NCBI GenBank assembly: GCA_965368975.1
Contig: CBDUPA010000014.1
Coordinates: 130,195-194,194 of the forward strand
Source of the DNA: an uncultured bacterium
GTDB taxonomy: Bacteria; Acidobacteriota; Thermoanaerobaculia; Multivoradales; JAHZIX01
DNA length: 64,000 nucleotides
Direction: 5' to 3'
Shown: positions 1 to 8,900 of the stretch, in pieces
Layout: the number at the start of each line of letters is the position of its first letter
How positions within the stretch are numbered: position 1 is the first letter of the stretch
Made by a program: the position numbers and the translations under genes
Notes under the pieces: model-generated
The model's database searches: none
What the model saw: only the letters and a program-made list of their open reading frames with translations
Told to the model about the DNA's origin: nothing

Positions 1-451
1 CGGCGCGGAGCGCACCAAGGACCGCCAGGCGTCCTGGCAGACCATTCTCGACATTCCAACGAGCCGTCCTGCTGATACCTGGTTCGGCCCATCCACGCGC
101 GAGGGAACACTCAGCTACGCACTGCAGACCAAGCTGCGGCGCGACGTCGACAACCTGCCGCGGCAGCCACACCGGGCGATCACCCAGGTCATCCTGCGCA
201 ACCGCGCCAACGAACAGCTGAACGTCGAGCGCTTCAACGTGCCGGTACCCGAGTTGGCCCTCTACAGCGACGCCGATGGCCACCTTTGGACGCCCGTGGT
301 CGAACTCGACCGCCGCTCCTCTGGCGATGTCGAGATCCGGATGGATCGTGGCTTGCCAGAGGTCGCCGGCCCCCTGGAACTGGTCCGCGAGGCCCGCCGT
401 AGTAGCTCGCGCAACCTGCTCGTCCGCACCCTCGGCTCCCTGCTGGACTAG
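1..451 (+). CDS. 5'-truncated hypothetical protein, DUF432-like (3' part only)
   Basis: Frame 2 is open from the window edge to TAG at 449-451 (...DTWFGPSTREGTLSYA...RAITQVILRNRANEQLNVERFNVPVPELALY...). It resembles proteins often found next to mscS; the family call is from memory. Confidence 0.55.
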   Translation, partial: GAERTKDRQASWQTILDIPTSRPADTWFGPSTREGTLSYALQTKLRRDVDNLPRQPHRAITQVILRNRANEQLNVERFNVPVPELALYSDADGHLWTPVVELDRRSSGDVEIRMDRGLPEVAGPLELVREARRSSSRNLLVRTLGSLLD

Positions 452-471
452 CGAGTCTGACCCCGAACACC

Positions 472-1335
472 ATGCAAGACCTCTGGCAGCGCCTCAACAC
501 CTGGCTGACCCCCGAGCGCTTCGACTCGCTCCTTACCGCCATCGCCCTGGTCGTGATCGGCTACGCGCTGGCCAAGCTCCTGCGCTCCATCCTCGACCGC
601 CTGGCGCGCACTCGCCTGAGCGCCCAGCACTCGATCCTGCTCGGCCGCATCACCTTCTACCTCGTCTTCGCGCTGGCGATCATCTCGGCCCTGCGCGAGG
701 TGGGTGTCGACTTCAGCTTGTTGGTAGGTGCAGCCGGTATCCTCACCGTGGCGCTCGGCTTCGCCTCCCAGACGTCCGTCTCGAACATCATCAGTGGCCT
801 GTTCCTGATCGGCGAGAAGCCGTTCGAGATCGGGGACACCGTGCGCATCGGCACCACGACCGGCGAAGTGCTGTCGATCGACCTGCTGTCCGTACGCCTG
901 CGCACGTTCGACAACCTGCTGGTGCGCATCCCGAACGAGAATCTGCTCAAGGCCGAGATCACCAACCTCACACGCTACCCGATCCGCCGCATCGATCTGC
1001 TGGTCGGCGTTGCTTACCGTCAAGACCTGGTCGAAGCCGAGAAGGTCTTGCGCGCGGTCGCCGCCGCCAATCCACTGCTGCTCGACGAGCCTCATCCCAG
1101 GCTTTTCATCCTCGCTTTCGGCCAGTCGTCGATCGATCTCCAATTCTCCGTCTGGGCCACGCGCGAGAACTTTGTCGACCTCAAGACCGCCTTCTACCGC
1201 GAGGTCAAACAAGCTTTCGACTCCCATGGCATCGAGATCCCCTTCCCACAGCGCGTGGTCACCTTCGCTGGCGGCTCCGGACCCACCGCGCTCGACACGG
1301 GACCGGACTCCGCCCCCGGACAGACGCTAGACTAG
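472..1335 (+). CDS. mscS: Small-conductance mechanosensitive channel (MscS family)
   Basis: Three N-terminal TM segments, then GFASQTSVSNIISGLFL..EKPFEIGD, G.V..IDL.S.R.RTFDN..V.IPN and IEIPFPQ motifs. Confidence 0.93.
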   Translation: MQDLWQRLNTWLTPERFDSLLTAIALVVIGYALAKLLRSILDRLARTRLSAQHSILLGRITFYLVFALAIISALREVGVDFSLLVGAAGILTVALGFASQTSVSNIISGLFLIGEKPFEIGDTVRIGTTTGEVLSIDLLSVRLRTFDNLLVRIPNENLLKAEITNLTRYPIRRIDLLVGVAYRQDLVEAEKVLRAVAAANPLLLDEPHPRLFILAFGQSSIDLQFSVWATRENFVDLKTAFYREVKQAFDSHGIEIPFPQRVVTFAGGSGPTALDTGPDSAPGQTLD

Positions 1336-1342
1336 CCGCCTC

Positions 1343-3661
1343 ATGGCCGGTAACCCAGACAACCCCCAAGACCCACGTCTCGGCGTCAGCCGCGAGCTAG
1401 CCGAGCTGCTGACCCGTCCGGATGGCCTGCGCACCGCGCGCCTGCTGGAGCTGGCGGGTATCTTGCGCAGCTCAGGCTCCGTCGACCTCCCCATGCCAGC
1501 CGAGTCTTCGCCCGGCGGCCAGCGAGCCGCCGAGCCCGACGCACCGCGTCCCATCCGCATCTGGACGCCCGAGACGCGCACCAGCGCGGACGGCACGAGT
1601 GAGGGCGCCCGCAGCGAGACCGTCTTCGTGCGTCCCGAACCCGGCCCCTTCGGTGACCACCACGCACAGCGGCTCGAGATTCCGGCGCGCAAGCCGGCCG
1701 GCACCCTGCGCATCGGCTGGTTCGGCGAGAGCGCTGCCGCCGGTTACCTCTACGCCCCGCACATCACGCCGGCGCAGATCCTCGAGCAGTACCTGGACGC
1801 CGCCGCCGTACCCAACCCGGACAGCGCCAGCTCGGCAGGTGAACGTCGTCGCTTTGATGTCGTCGACCTGGCACGCACCAACGAAACCCTCGACGACCTG
1901 CTGCGCACTGCCGAAGCCGCCCTGGCACAGCTCGACCTCGACGCCGCGGTGGTGTTCACGGGCAACAACTGGAAGCTGCTGGAAACGCCCGACGTCTCGC
2001 CCTACCTGCCCAACATCCGTGCGCGTCAACGCTATGCCCTCGCCCTGCGTTCCGCCGGCCTCGCCGGTCCGCCACGGCTGGCCGAGCGGCAGCTGGAGCG
2101 TAAGGTCACGAGCTTCTTCGACCGGCTCGCAGCCCTCGTATCTGGTCACGGGGTACCGGCCGTGATCGTCATCCCCGAGGTCAACCACGTCGACTGGGAA
2201 AGCCGTCAGCCCGTCCCCTGGCTGCCCGGCGACGGCGTCGCGAAGTGGTACGCCGCCTACGAGCGCGCCGTCACCCTGCTGACCGAAGACCTGGGCACCG
2301 CCTCTCTCGCAGAGGACGATCCGCGCGACTTCGCCGCCATCCTCGAAGCCTGCCACGAGATGCTCGATCTCGACGGCGGTCGGTGCGCCACCAGCCACCG
2401 CCTGCGCGCGCGGGCCCTGCTCGGCCGCGGCAAGATCAAGAAGGCGCGCCAAGCCATCCGCGACGAAGTCGACGCCGCCGGCATCGGCCTGCTCGCCTTT
2501 CTCGACGCACCCCGCCTGGGCGGTCATGGGTTGGAACTGCTGCGCGCCGCCACCAAGGACCACGGCTTCGCCGCCGTCGACCTGCCCAACCTCTTCGCCG
2601 CCGACGCCGAAGCCACCGACCGGCAGCACTTCCTCGACTACTGCCACCTCACCCTCGCCGGCCTGCAACGCGCCCTCGCCGCCACCGCCGCTGTGACCCT
2701 GCGCACCCTCGACGTCCCCCGCGACGTGTCCAAGCTGGCACCACCGCCGGCCGTCGAGCTCGCTCCCGCCCACGAAGCCTTGGCACACCTCGGCGCCGCC
2801 ATCCACAGCGCCCACCGTCTGCTCACCACCGGACCGCGCGGCCCCCTGCTCCAACACTGGTGCCGCCACGCCCTCGAAACCGATCCGTCGATCGCCGCCA
2901 CCTTCGTCGACCTGCTCGAAGCCCGCTGCGCCACCCCCCTCCCCGCCGTCCTCACCGCCGCGCAGCAGCGCAACCGCAGTAGCGAGCACGTCCTGCACCA
3001 CGCCCACGGCTGGCGCTGGAACGACCTCGACGCGGACGTCCTGCTAGCGCTGTGCCGGGCCCTGGAAGCGCACGCGTCGACGTCCGAGCAGCCGCTCGAC
3101 CCTCGTCTCGAAAGTACCTCCCCCGGCGAGTTCTTGGTCCACGCCCTGTCCGCGCACCGTCCGACCGACGGCGACTACCTCGACCTGACCCAATCTCCCT
3201 ACCGCTGGCAGCCACTCGAACGCTTCTACCCCGAAGCCATGGATCTAGACGGCCCCGCCGGTCATGCCACCTACCGCTGCCCATGGCCCGAAGCGTCGTT
3301 CTGCCTCCCCATCCCGGCGGAAAACAAGCCCGAGCACGTCCAGCTGGAACTCACCGTCCGTCTTCCCCCGATTCCGGGCCTGGACGACGTGCAGCGTGAA
3401 GGCAACCTGAGCGTCTACCTGGACGGGCGCCGGCTGGTGGACGCGGAGCTGAGCAAGGCATGGAGCAAGGTGCGCGTCGAGGTGCCAGCCGAACGTCTCC
3501 ACCCCGGCCTCGCCCGCCTCAGCCTGCGCTGGCCGATGCCGCCACCGGTCGGCGAAGAGGCCTTGGACGCTGCGATCCAGCGGCTGGAGCAGGGGATCGA
3601 GGCGGATGTGCACCCTGTCTTCGGGGAGATCTACTCGATCCGGGTCTGGTTCGAAGGCTGA
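1343..3661 (+). CDS. SGNH/GDSL-hydrolase-like protein with helical insert and C-terminal beta domain
   Basis: Block I 'WFGESAAAG', block III 'FTGNN' and block V 'FLDYCH' (DxxH); 772-aa ORF with coding-like codon usage. Confidence 0.6.
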   Translation: MAGNPDNPQDPRLGVSRELAELLTRPDGLRTARLLELAGILRSSGSVDLPMPAESSPGGQRAAEPDAPRPIRIWTPETRTSADGTSEGARSETVFVRPEPGPFGDHHAQRLEIPARKPAGTLRIGWFGESAAAGYLYAPHITPAQILEQYLDAAAVPNPDSASSAGERRRFDVVDLARTNETLDDLLRTAEAALAQLDLDAAVVFTGNNWKLLETPDVSPYLPNIRARQRYALALRSAGLAGPPRLAERQLERKVTSFFDRLAALVSGHGVPAVIVIPEVNHVDWESRQPVPWLPGDGVAKWYAAYERAVTLLTEDLGTASLAEDDPRDFAAILEACHEMLDLDGGRCATSHRLRARALLGRGKIKKARQAIRDEVDAAGIGLLAFLDAPRLGGHGLELLRAATKDHGFAAVDLPNLFAADAEATDRQHFLDYCHLTLAGLQRALAATAAVTLRTLDVPRDVSKLAPPPAVELAPAHEALAHLGAAIHSAHRLLTTGPRGPLLQHWCRHALETDPSIAATFVDLLEARCATPLPAVLTAAQQRNRSSEHVLHHAHGWRWNDLDADVLLALCRALEAHASTSEQPLDPRLESTSPGEFLVHALSAHRPTDGDYLDLTQSPYRWQPLERFYPEAMDLDGPAGHATYRCPWPEASFCLPIPAENKPEHVQLELTVRLPPIPGLDDVQREGNLSVYLDGRRLVDAELSKAWSKVRVEVPAERLHPGLARLSLRWPMPPPVGEEALDAAIQRLEQGIEADVHPVFGEIYSIRVWFEG

Positions 3662-3664
3662 ATC

Positions 3665-4012
3665 TCAAGCCGCCTGCAGCAGGAACTCGACCTTCACGGC
3701 CTCATACGGAAACTCGATCTCACCGCTCTCGACGCGATCTAGAATCCCCGCCTTGAGCAGGGCCGTGACGTCTCCGTGCACTGCCTTGACATCCCGGGCC
3801 ACACGGCGTGCTGCCTCACGAATCGAGACCGGACCGGTGCCGCTTAGCGCCTTTAAGAGTTCCCAGCGCTTCGCCGTCAGAACCTTCCAGAGAAGCTCCG
3901 GACTGGTGAAACTGATGCGGGCAGCATCCTGCGATTCACCAGACTTCCACGCGCGGCTGAAGTCGGCCATGGCAGCTTCCGGAGAACGAACGTCGAGTGT
4001 CACAGTCTTCAT
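3665..4012 (-). CDS. HTH DNA-binding protein (HVO_A0114-like), putative antitoxin
   Basis: Start MKTVTLDV at 4012 overlaps the upstream stop (ATGA). The segment 'LTAKRWELLKAL..GPVSIREAARRVARDVKAVHGDV..L...GIL' is a winged HTH typical of this family. Confidence 0.8.
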   Translation of the reverse strand: MKTVTLDVRSPEAAMADFSRAWKSGESQDAARISFTSPELLWKVLTAKRWELLKALSGTGPVSIREAARRVARDVKAVHGDVTALLKAGILDRVESGEIEFPYEAVKVEFLLQAA

Positions 4013-4308
4013 GTTCCCACCTCGTTGTCTCGGTTCCACTGGGCAATGGCTTCCTGGAAGTCGGCAAGCAGCTGGTCTGCCGTCGAGAATGCATAGGAGA
4101 ATTCCTGCTCCCCGCGATGGAAGTGGTCGCCCTTCCCGGCTTCGTTGTCGTAGCGCAGCACACACAGCCCGTCGACCACGTAGGCCAAGCGATACTTGAA
4201 CGAGTGTGCTGAGCCAGGAACTGGGCTTGGGACTTGCCACAACACCAATTCCGCGAAGGCTGTCTCCGTGTAGAGAACGCGAGTTCGGGCTAGTGGAACA
4301 GCCTTCAT
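4009..4308 (-). CDS. DUF6516 / TumE-family toxin-antitoxin protein
   Basis: Motifs 'VPSPVPGSAHSFKYRLAY' and 'RYDNEAGKGDHFH'; 99 aa, translationally coupled to the HTH gene. Confidence 0.8.
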   Translation of the reverse strand: MKAVPLARTRVLYTETAFAELVLWQVPSPVPGSAHSFKYRLAYVVDGLCVLRYDNEAGKGDHFHRGEQEFSYAFSTADQLLADFQEAIAQWNRDNEVGT

Positions 4309-4354
4309 GTTGGAGAAGGTACCAACACCCTAGTCCGTTGTCAACTACTCCAAC
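4309..4354 (-). promoter_or_regulatory. Sigma70 promoter (TTGACA-N17-TACCTT, extended -10) overlapped by two GTTG-N10-CAAC palindromes
   Basis: On the minus strand, TTGACA is at 4344-4339 and TACCTT at 4321-4316, 7 nt before the ATG at 4308. The palindromes are at 4309-4326 and 4337-4354. Confidence 0.7.
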
Positions 4355-4369
4355 AAGCCACGACCTCGC

Positions 4370-5734
4370 TTAGACGCCCCGCGGTCCCGGAATCAGGTCC
4401 CGTGTCAGGTCGCGGAAACCGTCTTCGGTGCAGGCGACGTTGTCCTCGATCCGAACGCCGCCGAAGGGGGTCAGGGCGTCGACCAGGTCCCAGTTCACCA
4501 GACCGGCGGCGTCGCCGCGGCGTAGCGGAGTGAGCAGCATGTCGATGAAGTAGAGGCCGGGCTCGATGGTGACCAGGTGGCCGGGTTCGACGGTGCGGGT
4601 GTTGCGCAGCAGCGGGTACTCGGACGGAGGAGCCTTGCGACCGCCTTCAGGAGTGGCCTGGTGGCCGCCGACGTCGTGCACTTGCAGACCGATCTGGTGA
4701 CCGACACCGTGCGGCATGAAGACTCCGACAACGCCAGCACTGAGCGCTTCCTCGACGCTGCCGGTGATGACGCCCGTCTCGACCAGCAACGCGCCGATGC
4801 GGCGGTGGGCTTCGACGTGGATGTCGACGTAGTCGCGGCCGGGAGTGACCATGGCGACCAGGTCGCGTTCGAGCGCGTCCATACCTTCGACCAGCGCGGT
4901 CATCACCGGGTGGGCGTCGGCACGCGTCCAGGTGCGGGTGACGTCAGAGGCGTAGCCCTCGTAGTCGGCACCGGCATCGACCAGCAGCAACTTGCCGGGC
5001 CCCGTCTCGGGGCCGCGCTTGTGCTGGTAGTGCAGGATGGAGGCTTTGTCGTCGAAGGCGATGATGTCGTTGTACGGCAGGTCGTTGCCGATCTGCTCTG
5101 TGGCCTGCAGGAAGGCCCAGTGCAACTCGCGCTCACTGACGCCTTGCTGGAAGCCTTCGTAGATCGCCTGGAAGCCACGAGCTGCGAGTTCGGCGGCCTT
5201 GCGGGTGAGGTGGAGTTCGAGCTCGGTCTTGGTACCACGGTGCCAGTCGAGCGGCGCCATCAAGGCCGCGGGCTCGACGAGTTCGGGCGGGATACCGAGG
5301 GTGGCGGCGGCGCCGGGAGCGCTGCCGACATAGGCCAGGCGCTCGGATGCACCGAGGATCGGACCGACCTGGTCGAACGTCTCGACCTCGTGGAGTTCGA
5401 CCTCGCTCTCCCACCAGCTCTCGGGCGGCGGCGAAGTGTCGTACCAGAAGTCTCTGGGTCGCACGCGGACGACCAGCAACTTCTGCGACGGCCGCGCCAC
5501 CACGACACTGTCGGGCAGGTCGAGAGGCGGCACCCAGCGCCGCAGGTGCGGCGTCGGGCGGAAGACGATCTCGAGGTCGTCAGCGTAGTAGGTCCCGATG
5601 CGGCCAGCGTGGAAGAGAACGCCGTCCAGTTGGACGCCGCTACGGCCGGCACGGGACAGCGCGTCCTGCAGGTAGCCGTCCAGGGCCTCGAGGTGGTCGC
5701 GGTAGAGCTGGGTGAGGTGTGCGGTGCCGCTCAT
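4370..5734 (-). CDS. pepQ: Xaa-Pro dipeptidase (prolidase, M24B)
   Basis: Metal-ligand motifs 'LHY', 'DAGADYEGYASDVTRT', 'PHGVGHQIGLQVHDVGG', 'TIEPGLYF' and 'GGVRIEDN'. Confidence 0.92.
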   Translation of the reverse strand: MSGTAHLTQLYRDHLEALDGYLQDALSRAGRSGVQLDGVLFHAGRIGTYYADDLEIVFRPTPHLRRWVPPLDLPDSVVVARPSQKLLVVRVRPRDFWYDTSPPPESWWESEVELHEVETFDQVGPILGASERLAYVGSAPGAAATLGIPPELVEPAALMAPLDWHRGTKTELELHLTRKAAELAARGFQAIYEGFQQGVSERELHWAFLQATEQIGNDLPYNDIIAFDDKASILHYQHKRGPETGPGKLLLVDAGADYEGYASDVTRTWTRADAHPVMTALVEGMDALERDLVAMVTPGRDYVDIHVEAHRRIGALLVETGVITGSVEEALSAGVVGVFMPHGVGHQIGLQVHDVGGHQATPEGGRKAPPSEYPLLRNTRTVEPGHLVTIEPGLYFIDMLLTPLRRGDAAGLVNWDLVDALTPFGGVRIEDNVACTEDGFRDLTRDLIPGPRGV

Positions 5735-5821
5735 GGGTGCCTCCTAGGATCGAACACAAGGTCTGAGTGAGGTATCGAGCATACCAGGGAAAAGGCAGTC
5801 ATTAGGAAAGGGGGGAATCCA

Positions 5822-5931
5822 GATGCGGCTACGCCGCAGGGTAGGCTCAGATTCGGATCCACGCTCTGGGTAGGGGCGACCACATCGGACCGCGCCCCTA
5901 CGACTGGACAGGCGCCCCTACGACCGGACAG
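5822..5931. repeat. REP-like palindromic element plus a 20-bp tandem duplication over the PKS stop codon
   Basis: Hairpin GCGGC-TAC-GCCGC (5825-5837); palindrome GTAGGGGCG...CGCCCCTAC (5870-5901); direct repeat GCGCCCCTACGACYGGACAG at 5892-5911 and 5912-5931. Confidence 0.6.
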
Positions 5932-8900
5932 GCACCCAGCGCACCGCCAACCCCGACGCCTCGTAGATCCGCTTGCCGTCGACCCACAAGGAAGCATCGG
6001 CAACGGTCAGGGTACCGTCTTCAGCTACTTCAGTGACCTCGACCTCGACGACCACCTTGCGGTTGTGCGGCAGCACTTGGCCTCGATACTTCCAGCTGAA
6101 CTCGCGGCCGATGGCAGGCGCCTGGAAGCGACGTTCCTCGAGCCCCTTCCCGCCTGTGCCAGCTACGACCGCGAAGCGCAGCAGCTGGAGCAGGGCTTCG
6201 AGGCCAAGCGAGCCGGGCTGGACCGGATCCTGGTAGAAGTGAGCGGCGAAGAACCAGGCGGTCGGGTCGACGTCGAACTCGGCGCGCGCGCGCCCCAGGC
6301 CGGCGTCACCGCCTTGCGGCCACCAGCCGGTGACGCGATCGAGCAAGCGCAGACGACCACGGGCGAGACCGGCACCACCACCTTCGTCGTTCACGAACCA
6401 CCCTTCCGGCTCGCGGGTCAGGTCGAGCGACGCAAAGGCCGGATCTCCGCCATCGGCGTCCGCGGGCAGTTCGAGGCGTGCGCGTTGGGCGTCGGTGGTC
6501 GGCAGGCCGGCCTGGTCGGCGAGCGCGGCGGCGGGGAAGAAGCCGAAGGCCGTCTGCATGGTGAACACCGGCTCTTTGCCGTTGGCAGTATCCCGCTCCA
6601 TGCGCACGTCGAAACGCTCGATGATCGAGCTGCCCGAACGCGCGACGCCGACCAGTTCCGTGCGTGTCGAGACGGTTCCTTGTGTCGAGCGAGGGTCCTC
6701 ACCGGCCCGCAACTCGGCATGAACGGTGCCGGTGCCGTCGAGGTTGCGGAAGTGCAGATTCTCGCTGGAATGCAGTGTGCTCCCCACATAGGAAGCCAGC
6801 CAGCCGCACGGCTGCAGGCCGGTCTCCATGAGCAGCGCGAAGGGCAGGGCACCCGTGCCGCCTTCGGGGACGAAGTCGTCCTCGGGAAACAGTCTCTCGG
6901 CGCGCGCATGCGGTAGATCGTAGTCGAGGGTCGCAGCATAGCGCTGACGCAGCCCGGCGCTGGGGTCGAGCGTGCCTTGCTCGCCGTCGATCTCGACCAC
7001 GCGCGAGAGGCAGTGGTACGGCGGCCCGGGCAGGCGCGGCGTGCGGCGGTCGGCAGCGTCGAAACGGATGAAGGGCGCGCCGAAGGCGGCGGAGGGGGCT
7101 CCCCAGGCGGAAGCGAGGAGGGCGGCGCCGTCGAAGGTGTGGGCATCGCTCTGGCCGGGCCGCACCGTGACCGGTGGCCGCGCGGTCGGCGGCAGCGCCA
7201 CCGCGGTATGCAGGCGTTCCGGAGCGCTCGAGAGTGGCTGGTCGGGCACCAGGCGCAGGCCGACGCGGCGGCCGTGGAAGGCTTTCAGGCCGTCGACGGT
7301 GCACAGCAGGTCGGCCCATAGCGTAGGGCCACACTGCGGATTCGACGGGTCGACGATGTCGACCTGGTGCACGAACACCTCGTAGACCAGCTGCTTCGAC
7401 GTCGGGATCACCTGCCCACGGCAGCGCAGCGGGTAGGCGACTTCCGGCACCGGCTCGAAGCGCCAGCCGTCACGGTCGAGGGTGTAACCGAGGGCGGCGA
7501 GCACCAACGCCATGGTGTTGAGACAACCTTCGAACATGACGGTGCCGGGCATGCACGGATCGTTCTTGAAGTGACCGTCGAAGATCCAGCTGTCGCCGTC
7601 GCCGATGTCCAGCTCGGCGCGCAGATAGCCGCGTCCCCAGGGGCCGCCTTGGATGTCGAGATCGGTCACGCGGTCGAGCAGCAGCAATGGCGGTGCCGGG
7701 ATCGAGGGCGTGCGCACATGCGTCGCGGCGCGGGCGTACGCCGAGCCGAGGGCGGCGGCACCCCTGCCTCGGGCGAAGTCGAGGAGCTGGTCTTTGCTCA
7801 GCTGGCGTGGAATCAACGCGGCTTCCACGCACGGAACGGGTGGCGTGTAGGTCTCCGGCGACGGCGTGTCCGTGGACGCATCCCACAGCAGCCCGCCCGA
7901 GTCGGCAAGTTCCTGGTCGGTGAAGAAACCAGCCTGGCCACCGCGCACGGACAGCCGACGCGCGCCATCAATGCGGCAATCGTAGTGGAAGAAGAAAAGG
8001 CGCACATCGCCTTGCTTGGCGTGGCCGTCGATGTGGATGTCGTAGGCCAGCGTCTCCCCGACCGCCGGGGGTCGGCCATGGTAGGTCAGGTCGCAGCCGA
8101 GCAAGCGGTAGACGCGCTCGCCCTGGTTCAGGAAATCGACGCCGAGCCAGGAGATCAGCGTCAGGTCGGCCTGCCCGGCCTCGATCATCAAGCCAGCGGG
8201 CATGCGACCGTCGTGTAGGTACCAGGAGTCCTCGCGCACGTCGGTCTCGGTCCAGATGGTGCCGGTGCCCATGGAACCAGCTTCGGCGTCGATACCGGTG
8301 ATGCGGTCGACGAGCAGGAAGGGCGGCTCGGGCAGACGTACCTGGCGCGGGTAGGCATCCTGGCGGCGGAAGAGGTCGCCGAAGACGGTCGAGATGCGGC
8401 CAGAGGCGAGCTCGAGCAATTGGGCGCGGTCGAAGGCCGGACCGCGGGGCGGTGGGACGGCAGGATCGACTGGGCCAATGGACGGTGGTGTCGTTTGGGG
8501 GTCGGATGCGGCTACGCCGCTAGGCACCCACGGGGGGATCTCCTTACCCGCATGGGGATCCGAACTCTGTGCAGGGGCACCCCACTGTGAGTGCCCTGGG
8601 CGGATGGGCGGTTCCGCATGCGGCATCCTCTCCGCCTCCGCCCCCAACATGCCTGCCAACATCCCTTGCTGCACCGCCAAGAACCGCTCGTGCAGCTGGC
8701 TCTGTTGCGCCAAGAACTCCTGCTGTGCGCGGGCGATGCTGGCTTGCAGATGCTGCAGTTCGTCGAGGTGCGGGGAGGTCGGATTTGGCTGCGGTCGATA
8801 TTCGGCTGGCACCTCCTGAGGCAGCACCTCTCGAGGCAACACCTTCTGAGGCAGAGCGGCTCCTCGATACTCGGCTGGCACCTCTCCGAGGACGGGTGGT

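Noticed and set aside
1472-3007. Long antisense or alternate-frame ORFs (also 4577-5770, 21171-22637, 35334-36968, 49240-50793, 55358-57328, 60499-62034)
   Set aside because: They are shadows of well-supported genes in high-GC DNA and have no recognisable motifs.
4013-4240. N-terminal extension of the 191-aa ORF 3665-4240
   Set aside because: It overlaps the DUF6516 gene in another frame; the coupled ATG at 4012 is the better start.
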